Assembly: GCA_964016885.1 (NCBI GenBank)
Contig: OZ024741.1
Location: forward strand, 389,484,001 to 389,548,000
From: Eledone cirrhosa
Lineage: Eukaryota
DNA length: 64,000 nt
Direction of reading: 5' to 3'
A program made the position numbers and the translations under genes. The notes beneath the pieces were generated by a model, which had not been told where the DNA came from, did no database searches, and worked only from the letters and a program-made list of their open reading frames with translations. Shown here piece by piece: positions 22,170-36,425 of this stretch. Within the stretch, counting starts at the first letter, position 1, and each line of letters begins with the position of its first letter.

Positions 22170-25100
22170 AACTCGGCATCTCTATCCCAGTTATTTCAAG
22201 GTCTTCGATCGTACCAAGTCAGAATCAACCCAGCTAAATGTGTGTTTGGTACAGCTTCACTAGAATTCCTTGGATATCTTATAGATTCGGAAGGTATTCG
22301 ACCTCTGCCATCTAAGGTGGAAGCGATTCAGCGTATCGAACCACCACCCCTCCCCACCTCACTGAAACAATTACGTCATTTCTTGGGATTAATTAACTTT
22401 TAACGTGGCTTCATTCCTAACTGTGCGAACAATTGTTCCTCTTGACGCAGTTTTTAAAGGCTGCGAAAAAGAAAGCTGCTCCTATTTCATTTTCTGCCGA
22501 TGCCTTGCAGTCTTTTGAATCCGTCAAGTCTGAGATAGCTGAAGTTTCCTTCCTCGCCCATCCTGTTGCAAACGCGAGACTTTCTTTAACTGTTGATGCG
22601 TCCGATCATGCTGTTGGAGCAGTTTTGCAACATACGATCAACCACCAGGTTCAACCACTGGGATTTTTCTCACGCCAACTAAAACCAACGGAACAGAAAT
22701 ACAGCACCTTTGATAGAGAACTTTTGGCTGTTTATCTTACCGTGAAGCACTTCCACCATTTTTTGGAAGGGTGGGTGTTCACGATATTCATGGACCATAA
22801 ACCGCTAACATCGCTCTCCAATCCAAGTCCGACAGGTACTCTCCGAGAGCATATAGGCATTTGGATCTCATCTCCCTGTACACCAGTGACATTCGTCATA
22901 TAGCCAGAACTGCCAACATACCCGCGGACGCACTATCTCGACTTTCTGTATGATCTCTTGCGTCTCCTGCACATATCGATGTGGTTGCCATGGCAACTGA
23001 CCAACCTACTTTGGATTCGTTGGACATTTCTTCTGACCAGTTCTCCTGCTGCAAATTGGAATATTTACCTCTTCCATCTTCTGAAGGGAAAATTCTCTGC
23101 GATATTTCTACTGACTCACCCAGACCACTTGTTCCAGATTGCCATCAACGTACCGTTTTTGATGCACTTCATTCCTTGTCGCATCCCGGCACAGCTGCCA
23201 CGGTGAAGCTCATCACGGCCCGATTTTTCTGGCCTAATATGCGTTGTTTAATCAGCGGTTGGGCACGTTCTTGTTTGAAGTGTCAGTGCTCTAAGATTTA
23301 TCGGCATGTCTGCACTCCTCTTGGAAAATTCAGCCCGCCAGACGCCCGTTTCCGTCACATTCACATGGATATTGTTGGTCCGTGGCCCGTTAGTCGTGGG
23401 TTCACATATATATTGACCTGTATCGATCGTTTCTCTCGGCGGCCTGAGGCCATACCCCTAGTGGACATAACAGCCGAGTCCGTTGCCCGAGCTTTCATTT
23501 CCAATTGGATTGCTCGCTTTGGTGTTCCTTCTAAAATAACTACGGATCGTGGACGACAGTTCTAGGCTTCCTTATTTCGTGAAATATCACGACTTTTGGG
23601 TGCTCACCACATTCATACGACCAGCTATCACCCAGCCTCCAATGGAATGGTGGAGAGGTTCACAGACAGTTGAAAGCTGCTCTTTGCGCTACTCCTGATC
23701 CGCAACGTTGGATCGAATTTTTGCCAATCGTGCTTCTTGGTTGTCGTACTGCCATTAAGACAGATTTGGGTTTCTCTTCTGCTGAACTTCTTTATGATAC
23801 CACCTTGACTGTTCCTGGTCAAATGTTAGCACCGGTGGATTCATCGCATCTTCATCCAGCATCATATGTCACCAGGATTCGTTCGTATTTTTCGGATCTT
23901 CCACCAATGAACCCTCGTGACCAGTCAATTTCTTCTGCTGTTCCATTGGACATCTCTACGTGGACACACATTTTTATACATAGTGTTCGACAGGGGTGTG
24001 CGCCATCGCCAACTCTCTTCAACTACGCCATTGACTACACTCTCAACACAGCGCTCCGGGATTACCCGGGCGTAGAGGTCGGGAGAGGAGTCGTGGTGAC
24101 GGACCTGGCCTACGCGGATGACATCGTGCTGATGGGCGCTAACGGGACAGATGTACAAGGTGCTTTCGAAAGGGTGCACACTGCAGCCGCCGCTGTTGGT
24201 CTACGAATCAATGCCGCCAAGTCGAAAGTCATGACGTCACTGGTCTCGCCTGATGCCTGGCAGCCAATATCTCTCGAGGGCGTGGACCTGGAGGATGTGG
24301 AGTCCTTCGTTTACCTGGACTCAAGAGTGGTTCCAACAGGACAGGGCGCAGCCGAGGTCAAACGTCGCATAGGTGCTGCGAGATCCGCTTTTGGGCGCCT
24401 CCAGCGGTGTCTATGGGACAGAAGAGAGATCACCTCGGCGACCAAAGGGCGAATCTACCAGGCACTATCCTCCTCTATGTCTGTGAAACATGGCCTATGA
24501 GGGTAGTCGATCAACGAGGGCTGGAGGTCTTCGACAATGACTGTCTCCGCCGCATTCTTCGCTGCCGACGCGTTGATCGGGTACCTACCACCAGTCTTCG
24601 TCTTCGCCTGAATCTTCGACTCCTTCCTTCAGTTCTTCTGCAACAGTGCTTGAGATGGTTTGGTCACGCAGCCCGGCGCCCTGAGGGTGAGCTGATCAGC
24701 GATGTTCTCCTCCCACCTCCACTCCCTAACTGGCGCAAGCGCGTTGGCGGGCAGCTGAAGACCTGAGCAACGACGATCAAGGAGGACCTCTCCGAACTCT
24801 CAGGTCCACAGGTGGTCGGCCTGCGCCGATGGAATCGTGACTGGCTCGCTATCTCCAGTGACCTAGCCCGGGACCGTCGTGCGTGGGCTGCCATGGTTCG
24901 GGATGCCGTCAGGACAAGGGAAGAAGCCGGCTCAACCCGTCCAGGGTGAATGTCGACACAAGTACAAGTAAGTACATTTTTATACGGAATGATTCCGTCA
25001 AGGGACCGCTTACGTCACCCTACAATGGACCTTTTCGTGTGCTTTCGCACACACCAAAACATTTCACAGTGGCTGTCAATGGTCGAAAAGAGACAATATC

Positions 25101-25262
25101 CATTGACAGAGCAAAGAAGGCTTTCTCTGAAAGTCTCATTACAATCCCTGACATACCTCGTACATAGACTCCCACACCAACACCTTCACCTCCACCGCAA
25201 ACACCACATACCACACAACCTTATGTCACACGAGGTGGCAGGACGGTAAAATGGCCACGTAA
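22170..25262 (+). pseudogene. Gypsy pol remnant: RT C-terminus, RNase H, integrase (interrupted by an RTE)
   Basis: INPAKCVFG...[42 protein letters not shown]...[40 protein letters not shown]. Confidence 0.88.
23980..24973 (+). mobile_element. 5'-truncated RTE-clade LINE nested in the Gypsy integrase
   Basis: VRQGCAPSPTLFN, LAYADD, LRWFGHAARR. CAAGTA/AAGT tail. 12-bp TSD ACATTTTTATAC (23968-23979 / 24974-24985). Confidence 0.9.
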
Positions 25263-25648
25263 ACTCTCAAAAACTATATACATTTAACCCCTAGTGGCAT
25301 TAACAAACTTCTTTTTTCAGTTTCAGATAGAACTAGTGTCAGAAAAGTCTGTACACTGGTGATGTATGAACTATTTTATTTTGAAGAAACTTTGAACTTA
25401 CCATTGACCATTAATTTTTCTCTGCTCCTTTATATTAACTTTGAATTATCAGTTTGTTACATTCACATTTTTTCTTTGTAAAATGCATTTACTTGTTTTG
25501 TGCTTTTTTTTTGCTATTTGCTTCAGCTGCGAGCTCATGTTTTATTCATGCACTTTCTTGTACTTTTTGCTTTGCTCCTCATTTCTTGCGAGTTCTCGCT
25601 ACAATGACCTTCGGTTGGTTATTCGAGTTCTCGTCTGAGGGGGAGTCT

Positions 25649-26089
25649 TGTAGCGCTCTCTAGACAAAGGAAGTAGCTAGAGTTACTTCCCGTTGAATTT
25701 TTAGAATATTCCTTAAACTTCCGTTCTAGGGATTATAAAAGATAGAGCAAAAAAGCGATTTTTCTCTCTTTAGACAGCAAGCTCTCAAACTGACCACATC
25801 GAGCGCAAATATGTTAAGCTTTTTCCAACCATATCTTGTAATGCAGGATTACACCATATCATGCCACGAGGTACGTTTTGTTACCACATTTGTAATACAC
25901 GGACTACAGTAAATGCAAGTTATTTTGAGAAACTCTTCATGCTTCAGTTATTACTTCGAATGTAGAGAGAGATAATTCTCACAAAAAAAGAAATTGTATG
26001 AAAGTTCTATATTTTCTTTCTATTAAAATTAGTAGTTGGGATTCGGTGGTACTTACTGGAGTAAGTAACCCTGGGACCAACTCCCTAAA
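25649..26089 (+). repeat. 3' LTR
   Basis: Direct repeat of 21186-21640 with scattered substitutions and a ~12-bp deletion. Confidence 0.9.
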
Positions 26090-26399
26090 TAACTATGGTG
26101 CATCTACACATAGAATTTGTAGTCTGGAACCCCTATCTTGCTCAGAATATTGACCACTTGAAATTGTTGATGGTGACCACAATAGTAACTCCGAAGTGTT
26201 CAGCATCCGATATAACAGTTCGGTCTATATCAGATTGGGTAGATTTAGGAGGAGGCTATGGTCTCCTGTGGGGAAGGCCCAACATGCTGTGCAGTTGCAT
26301 GACATGTCTTACTCAAGCATTGCAGGCTTTACTCTGTACAGTATGTATGCAGGTGCAAAAGGCATAACTGATGGTGTCTGTCCGGATGACTGGGTGCGA

Positions 26400-26677
26400 A
26401 TCTAAAAACTCAAAAAGTACCTAACCAAATTTTCTCCAAATGAAAAATCATACTCTAAGATTTAGTACGCTTCAAGAGTATCCAGCTGATTTTCTTCGGA
26501 TTTTGCACATGCATGCAGAGGTTTCACGATTTGGGCCTGTTGGTGTTCTATGTTTCCAGTAGATGAACAATCTACCAAAAAGTACCAAAAAGTACACAGC
26601 TAGATTCCTCAATCTTTGCATATGCGTGTTGCTATTTCACGTTTACTATACCGTGCAACGCCGGGTCCTGCTGCTAG
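26400..26677 (+). mobile_element. Helitron 3' fragment
   Basis: CCGTGCAACGCCGGG...GCTAG end, like 17591-17618. Left boundary uncertain. Confidence 0.5.
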
Positions 26678-26678
26678 C

Positions 26679-26781
<103 letters not shown>

Positions 26782-27141
26782 AAAAGAAAATTCACTGTGT
26801 ATTTTTGAAAATAGCATATATTTTCACTAGCTCTGACAGTTTGGCAGATGAACAGTGAGCTGTATTGATGAAGGGTGATACCCAGAAACATTAGTATCTG
26901 CAGTTCTGTTCACATGCCAACACAAGAGCAAGAATGAAGGGTTCATTCTACTGACATGGCTATAAAATTGAGGCTTGTTTGCATAATTGCAAATGAATCG
27001 AATGTCATTATTAATATTCGAAAAACTCAGATTACATTTATTGTATTCAGCCATGTTGATCGAAAATTTTCTTTTTTATATATATATATAAATATATTAT
27101 ATATGTATATATACATGTATATGTATTGTGTTAAGAAGAAA

Positions 27142-27450
27142 TCTGTATATATATAAAATTAAGTATGTGTGTGTGTCTGTGTATTACCTATAGGGGCCTA
27201 CATCTTACGACAGATTTTCATGAAACTTTACAGGCTCATAGATTAGTCATCGGTTAGTGTTTTCTATATATCAGCGTATCGGTTTTTTTTTTATTCCGGG
27301 GTCATTCTGCAGATAAAAATCGATAGGGGGGGGGGGGGGGCACCTTTTTTTAGGTATCGAAAAATAAGATTTTTGGCTCTGGCTCCCACATTTTGCCACC
27401 GATTTCGTTCAAATTTTAAAGCAAAATAGAATTTATCGTTGCACATCCTT
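27142..27450 (+). mobile_element. Helitron 5' fragment
   Basis: A|TCTGTATATATATAAAA-(TG)n start and GATTTTCATGAAACTTTA block. No 3' end found. Confidence 0.5.
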
Positions 27451-28795
27451 TATTTATTTATATATTTCTACCTTTTTACTTTATTAATATGTTTTTATCT
27501 TCGTATTCTGCTTTTATTTATCTATGTATTTTTTTGTTTTTTGCTTACTGTTCCTGTTATTTAGGTTTTTACTCGCTTTACTCTCATTAAGTACTTATCA
27601 TTGTACTCATTAGCACATGACACTAGAATATCTCCCCCTGAGAACCACAATACTTATAACCCGGACTATCTGGGGACCTAGATATAGTCTATTTGCGCTT
27701 TTCATCGGGTTTTATAATTGATTACACGCGATGATCCGACTGGCGTGGTCGGTTTCCTGGCTGCGCACCCGGCGCCCTGGTGCATAAGCCTCCCTTGAGT
27801 GCTTGGAAAAAATAAATTTCCCCTTATTTCGGTAAATGAAATTACTCGTAGCGGATTGCTTCGCCCCGGGGCCCGCCGCGCCGCCGTTTTTGACCGCCAT
27901 ATAGTACCTTTAAATTCTATTAGCTGTATCATGCCTCCCTCTACTGGCACTTAAACAAATCCCCCTCCTGTGTAAATTAATAGTACTCGTTTGGTATAAC
28001 GATGGCCTAACGACGATGGCTGACTTCCCACTAGCACACCCGAAGCCTAGAACAGTTACATTCCTCGAGTGCTCTGAAAAATTGATTTCCATATCTCTTG
28101 CTAGACGGTTTCACTCGGAATGGCAGACACGTGGTTAGGATGGGCTGGCCGGAGTTTGCAGTCGTCGCGTGCTGTTTGACTGCTAAACAACGACTTAATC
28201 TTTACTCTATATCCCACCCTGAAAACTTATCGAGGATCTCTATAATACACTTAAAATTTTTTCATAAAAGACTCTCTCTGTAAATTCTTTAACTAAATCT
28301 CGCAACCCAAACCATAAATTTTTTGACATTTTTTAAACTGTTTAATTTTTAATTTTATAATTTTTTTAATTTTATAATTTTAATCTTTAATTTAATTTCA
28401 TCCTATAAATCTAAACAAAAATTTAACGTTCCAATTTTCTGTTCACACATTATACCATGCAGACGCCCACTATATATACCTCTGTTATAATATATACCTC
28501 TGTTAAGATATAGGTTCTTTAGAATAACATTTTTCGCGGCAATTCCTAGCCTGATTGTAGCATGACATTAACGCTGACTTTTCTTCTTTCTTTCTGTCTT
28601 TTTTTCTCTTTGACCGGGTGGTTAGTAGCACAGTATAAGCTTTCGCCCCCTCACCAGATAGCCTTAAGTAGACCGAATAGCCAGCACTTGAGGGCGACCG
28701 GCTAAAGTGGAAGATGCTAGATGGTCAGTCGTCCTCGGGTCTATGATTTTCAGCCCCATGGATTTTATCTGTTACATTCATTTATTATATTTCGA

Positions 28796-28853
28796 ATACC
28801 TGATGATATCACCGGATTCATACGGAACCCGGTCAATGAAATGATCATAGTAT
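28796..28853 (+). ncRNA. Type I hammerhead ribozyme (PLE-type, stem II base partly decayed)
   Basis: ATAC-CTGATGA-[ACCGG...CCGGT]-GAAA-TGATCA-TA-GTAT. Palindromic stem III, 4-bp stem I. Confidence 0.7.
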
Positions 28854-29058
28854 AATAAACCTTTCAAGGATTTACACAAGTCCAGCCTCCTGTTATTTTA
28901 TTATAATAATTAACTCCGTACTCGCACCACAATCTACACAAACGAAGACGGTTGAGCTGCTTTACGTTGAGTACTCTCCATATTGTTACATCAAGATTGA
29001 CGATACGGAATGGCCAACTCTATCCAGTGGTGAACCTTCAAACCTAAATAAATATATG

Positions 29059-29135
<77 letters not shown>

Positions 29136-29214
29136 AAACAATTATCAGAAAAATAAAAAGAACAAACAAAAAAATGAACACACTAAAATACTGTCAACAG
29201 CAACACACATTCGA

Positions 29215-31125
29215 TGGCTATCGCCCTGCTTGAATAAAAAAAAATATAACCTCCAACAATGCATGAAGACCATCATCAATAGTCAGAGAACAGCTGAAGA
29301 GAGGTGGGCCATTGAGAAAATCAAACTCAACCCCAAAGTGTTCTTTTCATTTGCTAAAAAACACAAGGTCACTGTCTCCACTGTTGGTTCTCTAGTTGAT
29401 GAAAATGCCAAAACCATGGGCGAGATACTGCAGAAACAATACTGCTCTGTTTTCAGCAATCCTGATATGGCCTATCTGGGCTGTGTCAGTGATGTTAATC
29501 CCCAACACACTATATCGGACATAACGTTTGGCGCCCCTGATGTCTTAGCGGCAATAAACGAAACTATACACAATTCAGCAGTAGACCCCCGACAGGTTCC
29601 CTGCTTGTGTCCTGAAGGTGTGTCGACACCAACTTGCATCTCCTCTTGCTAATCTGTGGAGGAACTCACTGGATACTGGCTATATTGCTGAAAACTTTCT
29701 GTCCCAGTCTTCAAAAAGGGAAATAAGTCCTTTGCAGTGAACTACCGTCCGATCTCACTCGCCTCTCATATTGTCAAGTTATTTGAGAGGGTGGTGAGAT
29801 CACGAATGACCCACTTTCTTGAAAACAACGGCCTGCTGAACTCCAACCAGCATGGGTTCCGTAATGGAAGGGACTGCCTAACGCAGCTCCTGCATCACTT
29901 TGACGATGTTTTGAGAACCTTGGGAGAGGGCTCCAACACTGATGTCATCTACCTTGATTTCAGCAAGGTCTTTGACAGGGTGGATCATAAGATTCTACTG
30001 AAAAAACTATCCAATATTGGTGTCTCTGGAAAGTTACTACAGTGGATCAAATGTTTCCTGACAGACAAAACCCAACATGTTGTAGTCGAAGAAGTAAAAT
30101 CAAGCCCTGCCAAGGTCAGCAGTGGAGTCCCACAAGGCACTGTGTTGGGTCCACTTCTTTTCATCATCTACATTAATGACATTACTAACATCATCAAGCA
30201 CAGCAGCATAAGAATCTTCGCAGATGATTCCAAGCTCCAAAGGGTCATCAATGAGGTGGGTGACCGGACTTGCCTTCAGTCAGACCTACTGGCTGTTATC
30301 CGATCCGATGGGCAGAAAAGAATAATATGCTGCTGAATGAGGATAAGTTTGAATTAATCCACTTTGGAAAAAAGGATGCCCTGAAACTACCATACTCTCT
30401 TCCTTCGGGTGAAACTTTAGTGGCATCCAACAACATCAGAGACCTGGGAATTGTGGACAACAACATAAGCTGGGCCACTCATATAAACAGCAAAGTTGAC
30501 ATGGCCCACAGAATGTGTTCCTGGATTCTCAGAACCTTCCAGTCGAGAAATATCCACACCGTTATCTTTCTCTTCTCCACTTTTGCCCGACCTCACCTTG
30601 ATTACTGTTTTCCACTGTGGTCTCCCCACACGAAATAAAGTATCATGAAATTTGAAGCACCCCAAAGATCGATTACAAAAAAGATAGATCGCATGACAGG
30701 CCTTCACTATTGGAGTCGATTAGAAAAGCTCAACCTTTATTCTCTCCAACGTCGCCGTGAGCACTACATTACCTGCATGATGTGGAAAATATTCCATCAG
30801 CTTTGCCCAAATTATGTTGGCATCACCTTTAATGTATACCCAGGGCTTGGGCCCTGTGCTATCCGCCAACGACAAAAATCTCACTCGCATCTCATAACAA
30901 CAATACGGCACAATTATTTCACCTCAATTGGCCCTGCTCTCTTTAACATTACAGCAAAACACATTAAAACAGAAACAGACCCCATCAAGTTCAAGAAGTC
31001 TTCGGACAAATTCCTTCAAGAAATCCCGTTGCTCGAGTGGGTCATGGTGCCCAAACCCTGATTTGTAAGACTTCGCCAGGTGGTGCTATTAAGTAAGACA
31101 TGACCTGGTCAAATACTGGCCGAAA
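29215..31125 (+). mobile_element. Degenerate CR1-group LINE (RT, several frameshifts)
   Basis: NYRPISLAS, QHGFR, YLDFSKVFDRVDH, SGVPQGTVLGPLLF, IFADDSKL, RPHLDYC..LWSPH, RLEKLNLYSLQRRR. Confidence 0.88.
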
Positions 31126-31190
31126 CCTATCAAAGTTATATGTATATATATATACAAGTATATATATGTATGTATATATATATATATATA

Positions 31191-32113
<923 letters not shown>

Positions 32114-32439
32114 ATATGTATATATATGTATGTATATATGTATATATATGTATCAAAGGGCAAAGGAGCTCTTAAGAGTCAATGGCCATCCAAAATCACC
32201 GGGAGAGATGACCCCTTAGCCTTTGTCAAGGCAGAATTCTAAGAGAAGGAAAACTCTGATATAACACCTGCAACCCTGATGGTATCCAATAATGTTGACT
32301 TGTTCTTCTTTTTGGTAAATATCATCTTGGTTAAGAGAGTGGGACTGGCTTTGTGCAGTGCCTTTGCTCACTATAAAAGCTTCACGGCACAGGCATTGCT
32401 TTATATCTGGAGATCTCTCTGCACTTGTCGTCACATGGT

Positions 32440-32610
32440 ACCAAAGGCAAAGCACTGTGTCGATAATTGTCACAAGTGTAGTGTTTGTACCAGAGTTTTC
32501 AAGTCGCTGGCTGGACTAAAAAGTCACACTCGTTCAGCGCATCGGTAGGGGTTCTCCTACATGGATATAAAGTAGTGGCCGTACTCGAAAACGAGTTGGC
32601 AGCCACCATG
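32440..32610 (+). mobile_element. RTE-clade 3' end with C-terminal C2H2 finger
   Basis: [25 protein letters not shown]-stop, then a short 3' UTR with CTCG-AAAA-CGAG hairpin. Confidence 0.6.
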
Positions 32611-32626
32611 TATATATATATATGTG

Positions 32627-32675
<49 letters not shown>

Positions 32676-32749
32676 ATATACATATATATATGTATATATG
32701 TATATATATATGTATATATACATATGTATATATACATATGTATATATAA

Positions 32750-32825
<76 letters not shown>

Positions 32826-32827
<2 letters not shown>

Positions 32828-34136
32828 CTTCAAAATTACAGAACTAAATAGGGTTAAGAAAACAATAATAGAATTCTTTAAAAAGTATGACCTCAAATTA
32901 GAAGTTGAAAGTAGCACTAAAGTAGTTAACTTCCTTGATGTCACCCTTAATTTAAATTCAGGACTATATTATTCCTTCCATAAGCCCAATGAAAACCTAA
33001 ATTATGTTAACTATTACCCAAATCACCCTAAATCCGTGAAAATTGCAATAGTTAATAGTGTTCAAAAACGCTTAACTAGATTATCCGCTAACAAATCCAT
33101 TTTTGATGAAAAAGCTGGATATTATAATGAGGCATTACATAAGGCAGGATATAAAAATAATATTGAATATCTAGATAATACTAATTCGAATTATAAATTA
33201 GGCAAAAATACGAATAACATAAATAAAGCGAACTCTAAAAATTATTTAAATATAAATAAAAATACTAATGTCGTGAATAAATCTCGGAAAAAAATCAGAA
33301 CTAAAGCAGTTATTTGGTATGCACCTCCTGCCTCTTTAGCTATCAAAACACCCCTGGCAAATTTATTCTTTAAGGCATTAGATAAATGCTTTCCCACTAC
33401 ACATAAATACCATTCTATACTCAATAGACACACAATTAAGCTATCTTATTCTACAACTATGAATATGGCTCAGAACATTGCAAAAATAAATAGTAGAATT
33501 CTTAATCATAACCAACAAACAATTAGGGATAATGGCAATATTAACATTAGCAATAATATTGATACTGTGAATAACAATAACATTAATTTAAGCACTCACA
33601 ATAGAACACCTCCAAATATTAGCAATGATAAGGTGTACAGTTTAAATTATAGTAATAACAGTAAATCGAAATGTAACTGTAGAAATAGATCGAATTGCCC
33701 TCTGCAAAATAATTGTCTTGATAAGAACCTAGTTTATAAATGTACCGTTAAAGCAAATAACATCACCTACAACTATATAGGTGCAACTTCATCGAGCTTT
33801 AAATTAAGATATTCGAATCACAAACACTCTTTTTCGAATCTGGATAAGATGTTCTCCACCTCTTTATCACAACTTATATGGTCCTTGAAAGACAAAAATT
33901 TGGAGTACTCAACATTTTGGTCAAAACTTCGTAATAGCCAAGTCTACGTTAATTCCTCAGTATTACCTAACTGCAATCTTTGCGATATGGAGACTCTATT
34001 AATAATTAATAATTACGATAACTTAATTAACAAAAAAAGTGAATTATTCTCAAATTGCTTGCACAAAGCTATATCTACATTCCAAGCTTCACAAAAAAAT
34101 CAGGAAAAAACATTGAATAAATGTGAAATCATTTAG
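32826..34136 (+). CDS. PLE RT C-terminus + GIY-YIG endonuclease (open, N-truncated)
   Basis: [41 protein letters not shown]...[30 protein letters not shown]. The ORF-track start at 32622 is microsatellite. Confidence 0.85.
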
Positions 34137-34299
34137 ACGTTTATTAATAACTCTGAACGTGAAACAATATTGTCTCAGATTAAAAGTTTTTGTAATGCTT
34201 TTATTATTTATACTATTGTTAATATTAGATTAAGGGTTTCTACCTTAAGATTAAAATTGTTAACCTGATCTCTTGTTGAGTACGTATGACCTTTAGATT

Positions 34300-36425
34300 T
34301 ATAGCGAGATTACTGGGTTGTATGAATGTAACAAAACGAGACATGGTTTGTGTATATAATATTTAATTAACGGTAGATAGTATACTTGACATGTCAAAGA
34401 TAGATGTTAGAATGAAACAAAGTTAGTAGTTACCGTTTTGATTGCCAGGCAAACGCGGCTGGCAGAGGGCGCCTGGCTAAGGCCAGGCGCCTGTTGGCCA
34501 AATTAATGGCAGAGCCAAATGAGAGGCTCTTCGACCTGGTGCCGAAAAGGCAAAGAGAGAGAGGAAGCTTAAAGTTGTTAGTTTTATAGGGCTCTGACCG
34601 GAAGTCGCAGAAAGGGTTCCACCTCCCGTCTAGATCCCAATCAAAACAAGGGAGACAACCGCTACATAACCTCCCGCCAGAATTTTAGTGTATAAAAATC
34701 GAAATGAAAATATGTAGCAAGTTGGCGAGAATGTTGTAACAGGCATGAAAATTACGACAAAAGAATGTTTGGAAAAATCAATGATAGATATCAAGGTAGC
34801 CAACCGCTCTTGGCCAGAGAACGACTGGACATCCATCTATCCATCACCCAAAGATACAATGTAATAAAGTAAAAGTAATAGAAGAGCTCAAAGTTCAAAA
34901 TATAGTTCACAGGTGTGCAATCACATGACAGCAGGAAAGAAAGTGTGTTCCAGAGAATGAATGCAGGTGGTTTCTGTTCTGTGGTATATCGTGAAATTTC
35001 CAACCTCCGAATGGATTTTCTCACAGGAAGAGTGCTGCAAAAATGAATTCTCTGGCTTTGGTGAAGCTGTATTGATGTATTGCTGTTGCTGTTATATTGC
35101 TGTTGCTGCTGCTGTTGTCTCGCTGAGTGAGCGTATTCGGTGTTTAAATTCACAGTAAAAAAAATTTATTTAGAAAAAATGAGTTGCGCAAAGTGCTAGA
35201 AATAGCAGCCGAAGTTGATGGTCGATGTTGAGAATGCGTTGACCTGGAAGGGTCAAGAGGCCAGCGACCAGAGAAATAAGCATTCTTAATAAATGCGCGG
35301 TTATCAACTGTAAATTTACATTGTAAATTTATAAACCGGCAAATAGAAGAATATAGCTTAAGGCTGAAGAATCCCTGGTGATAAATGGCGTGCGGCTGTC
35401 TGTGAGTAGAGACATCTCTGTGAATCGAGAATTTGTGCTGCCTACACGTGCCAATACAAGGTTGAAAAAAAAATAATATTTCTAACGCGCGAGAAAATGA
35501 TAGTGCAATGTTGAAAGTGACAATGATGAAAAAGAAAGGCTTCACTCAGCATAATTATTGGTGTGAACTTTGGAAAAAAAAAAAAAAAACTTGAACGATG
35601 AAGAAAACGATGAACAAAAAGGCAATGGTTCATCGAAAATAAATTTTCCTGTTGAAATGTTTTTTTAAAGAATATCAAATTCCTTTTTTTGTTTTGTTTT
35701 TTTTTTTGTTTTGAAAGAGTTCGTTGTAAGAAACGAGAAACATATATATATATCGTGAAATGTTTTTTTTTTTGTTGTTTTTTTTTGTTTTGAAAGTGTT
35801 CGTTGTAAGAAACGAGAAACATATATATATATTGGTGAAATGCGACAGTTAATTGATGCGTGAGAGAAAAAGTCTGTCTGTGCGAATTCCACATGTGCGT
35901 GTGTGCGTGTCCTTGAGTATTTTCATAGTTTGTCGCTAAATTTGCTGTGTATTCGTAATGTTACTCACAAAACCAGATGTGCTATTTTTTTCTTTTTTGG
36001 GGGGTGACCACTTATAGCGATGAACGGCTGCGTGTTCGTATCACGTCGGGGTCACCAATATAGCGAGATTACTGGGTTGTATGAATGTAACAAAACGAGA
36101 CATGGTTTGTGTGTATAATATTTAATTAACGGTAGATAGTATACTTGACATGTCAAAGATAGATGTTAGAATGAAACAAAGTTAGTAGTTACCGTTTTGA
36201 TTGCCAGGCAAACGCGGCTGGCAGAGGGCGCCTGGCTAAGGCCAGGCGCCTGTTGGCCAAATTAATAGCAGAGCCAAATGAGAGGCTCTTCGACCTGGTG
36301 CCGAAAAGGCAAAGAGAGAGAGGAAGCTTAAAGTTGTTAGTTTTATAGGGCTCTGACCGGAAGTCGCAGAAAGGGTTCCACCTCCCGTCTAGATCCCAAT
36401 CAAAACAAGGGAGACAACCGCTACA
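34300..36425 (-). mobile_element. Non-autonomous LTR retrotransposon (2.1 kb, tRNA-Trp primed)
   Basis: 367-bp LTRs at 34300-34666 and 36059-36425 (2 differences seen). TSD GATT (34296-34299 / 36426-36429). PBS at 36057-36026, PPT GGCGGGAGG next to 34666. No RT/IN recognised. Confidence 0.9.
36026..36057 (-). promoter_or_regulatory. Extended primer-binding site complementary to tRNA-Trp positions ~45-76
   Basis: Plus strand GGCTGCGTGTTCGTATCACGTCGGGGTCACCA matches the metazoan tRNA-Trp 3' half including CCA. Confidence 0.85.

Larger units (their letters stand above)
21186..26089 (+). mobile_element. Gypsy/Ty3 LTR retrotransposon (CsRn1-like, tRNA-Trp primed), gag-pro-RT N-terminus deleted
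   Basis: Two LTRs, TSD TAAC (21182-21185 / 26090-26093), PBS TGGTGACCCC at 21642, PPT GAGGGGGAG at 25637, pol remnants. Confidence 0.92.

Noticed and set aside
36026-36057. tRNA-Trp gene
   Set aside because: Only the 3' half, with encoded CCA, adjacent to an LTR. It is a PBS.
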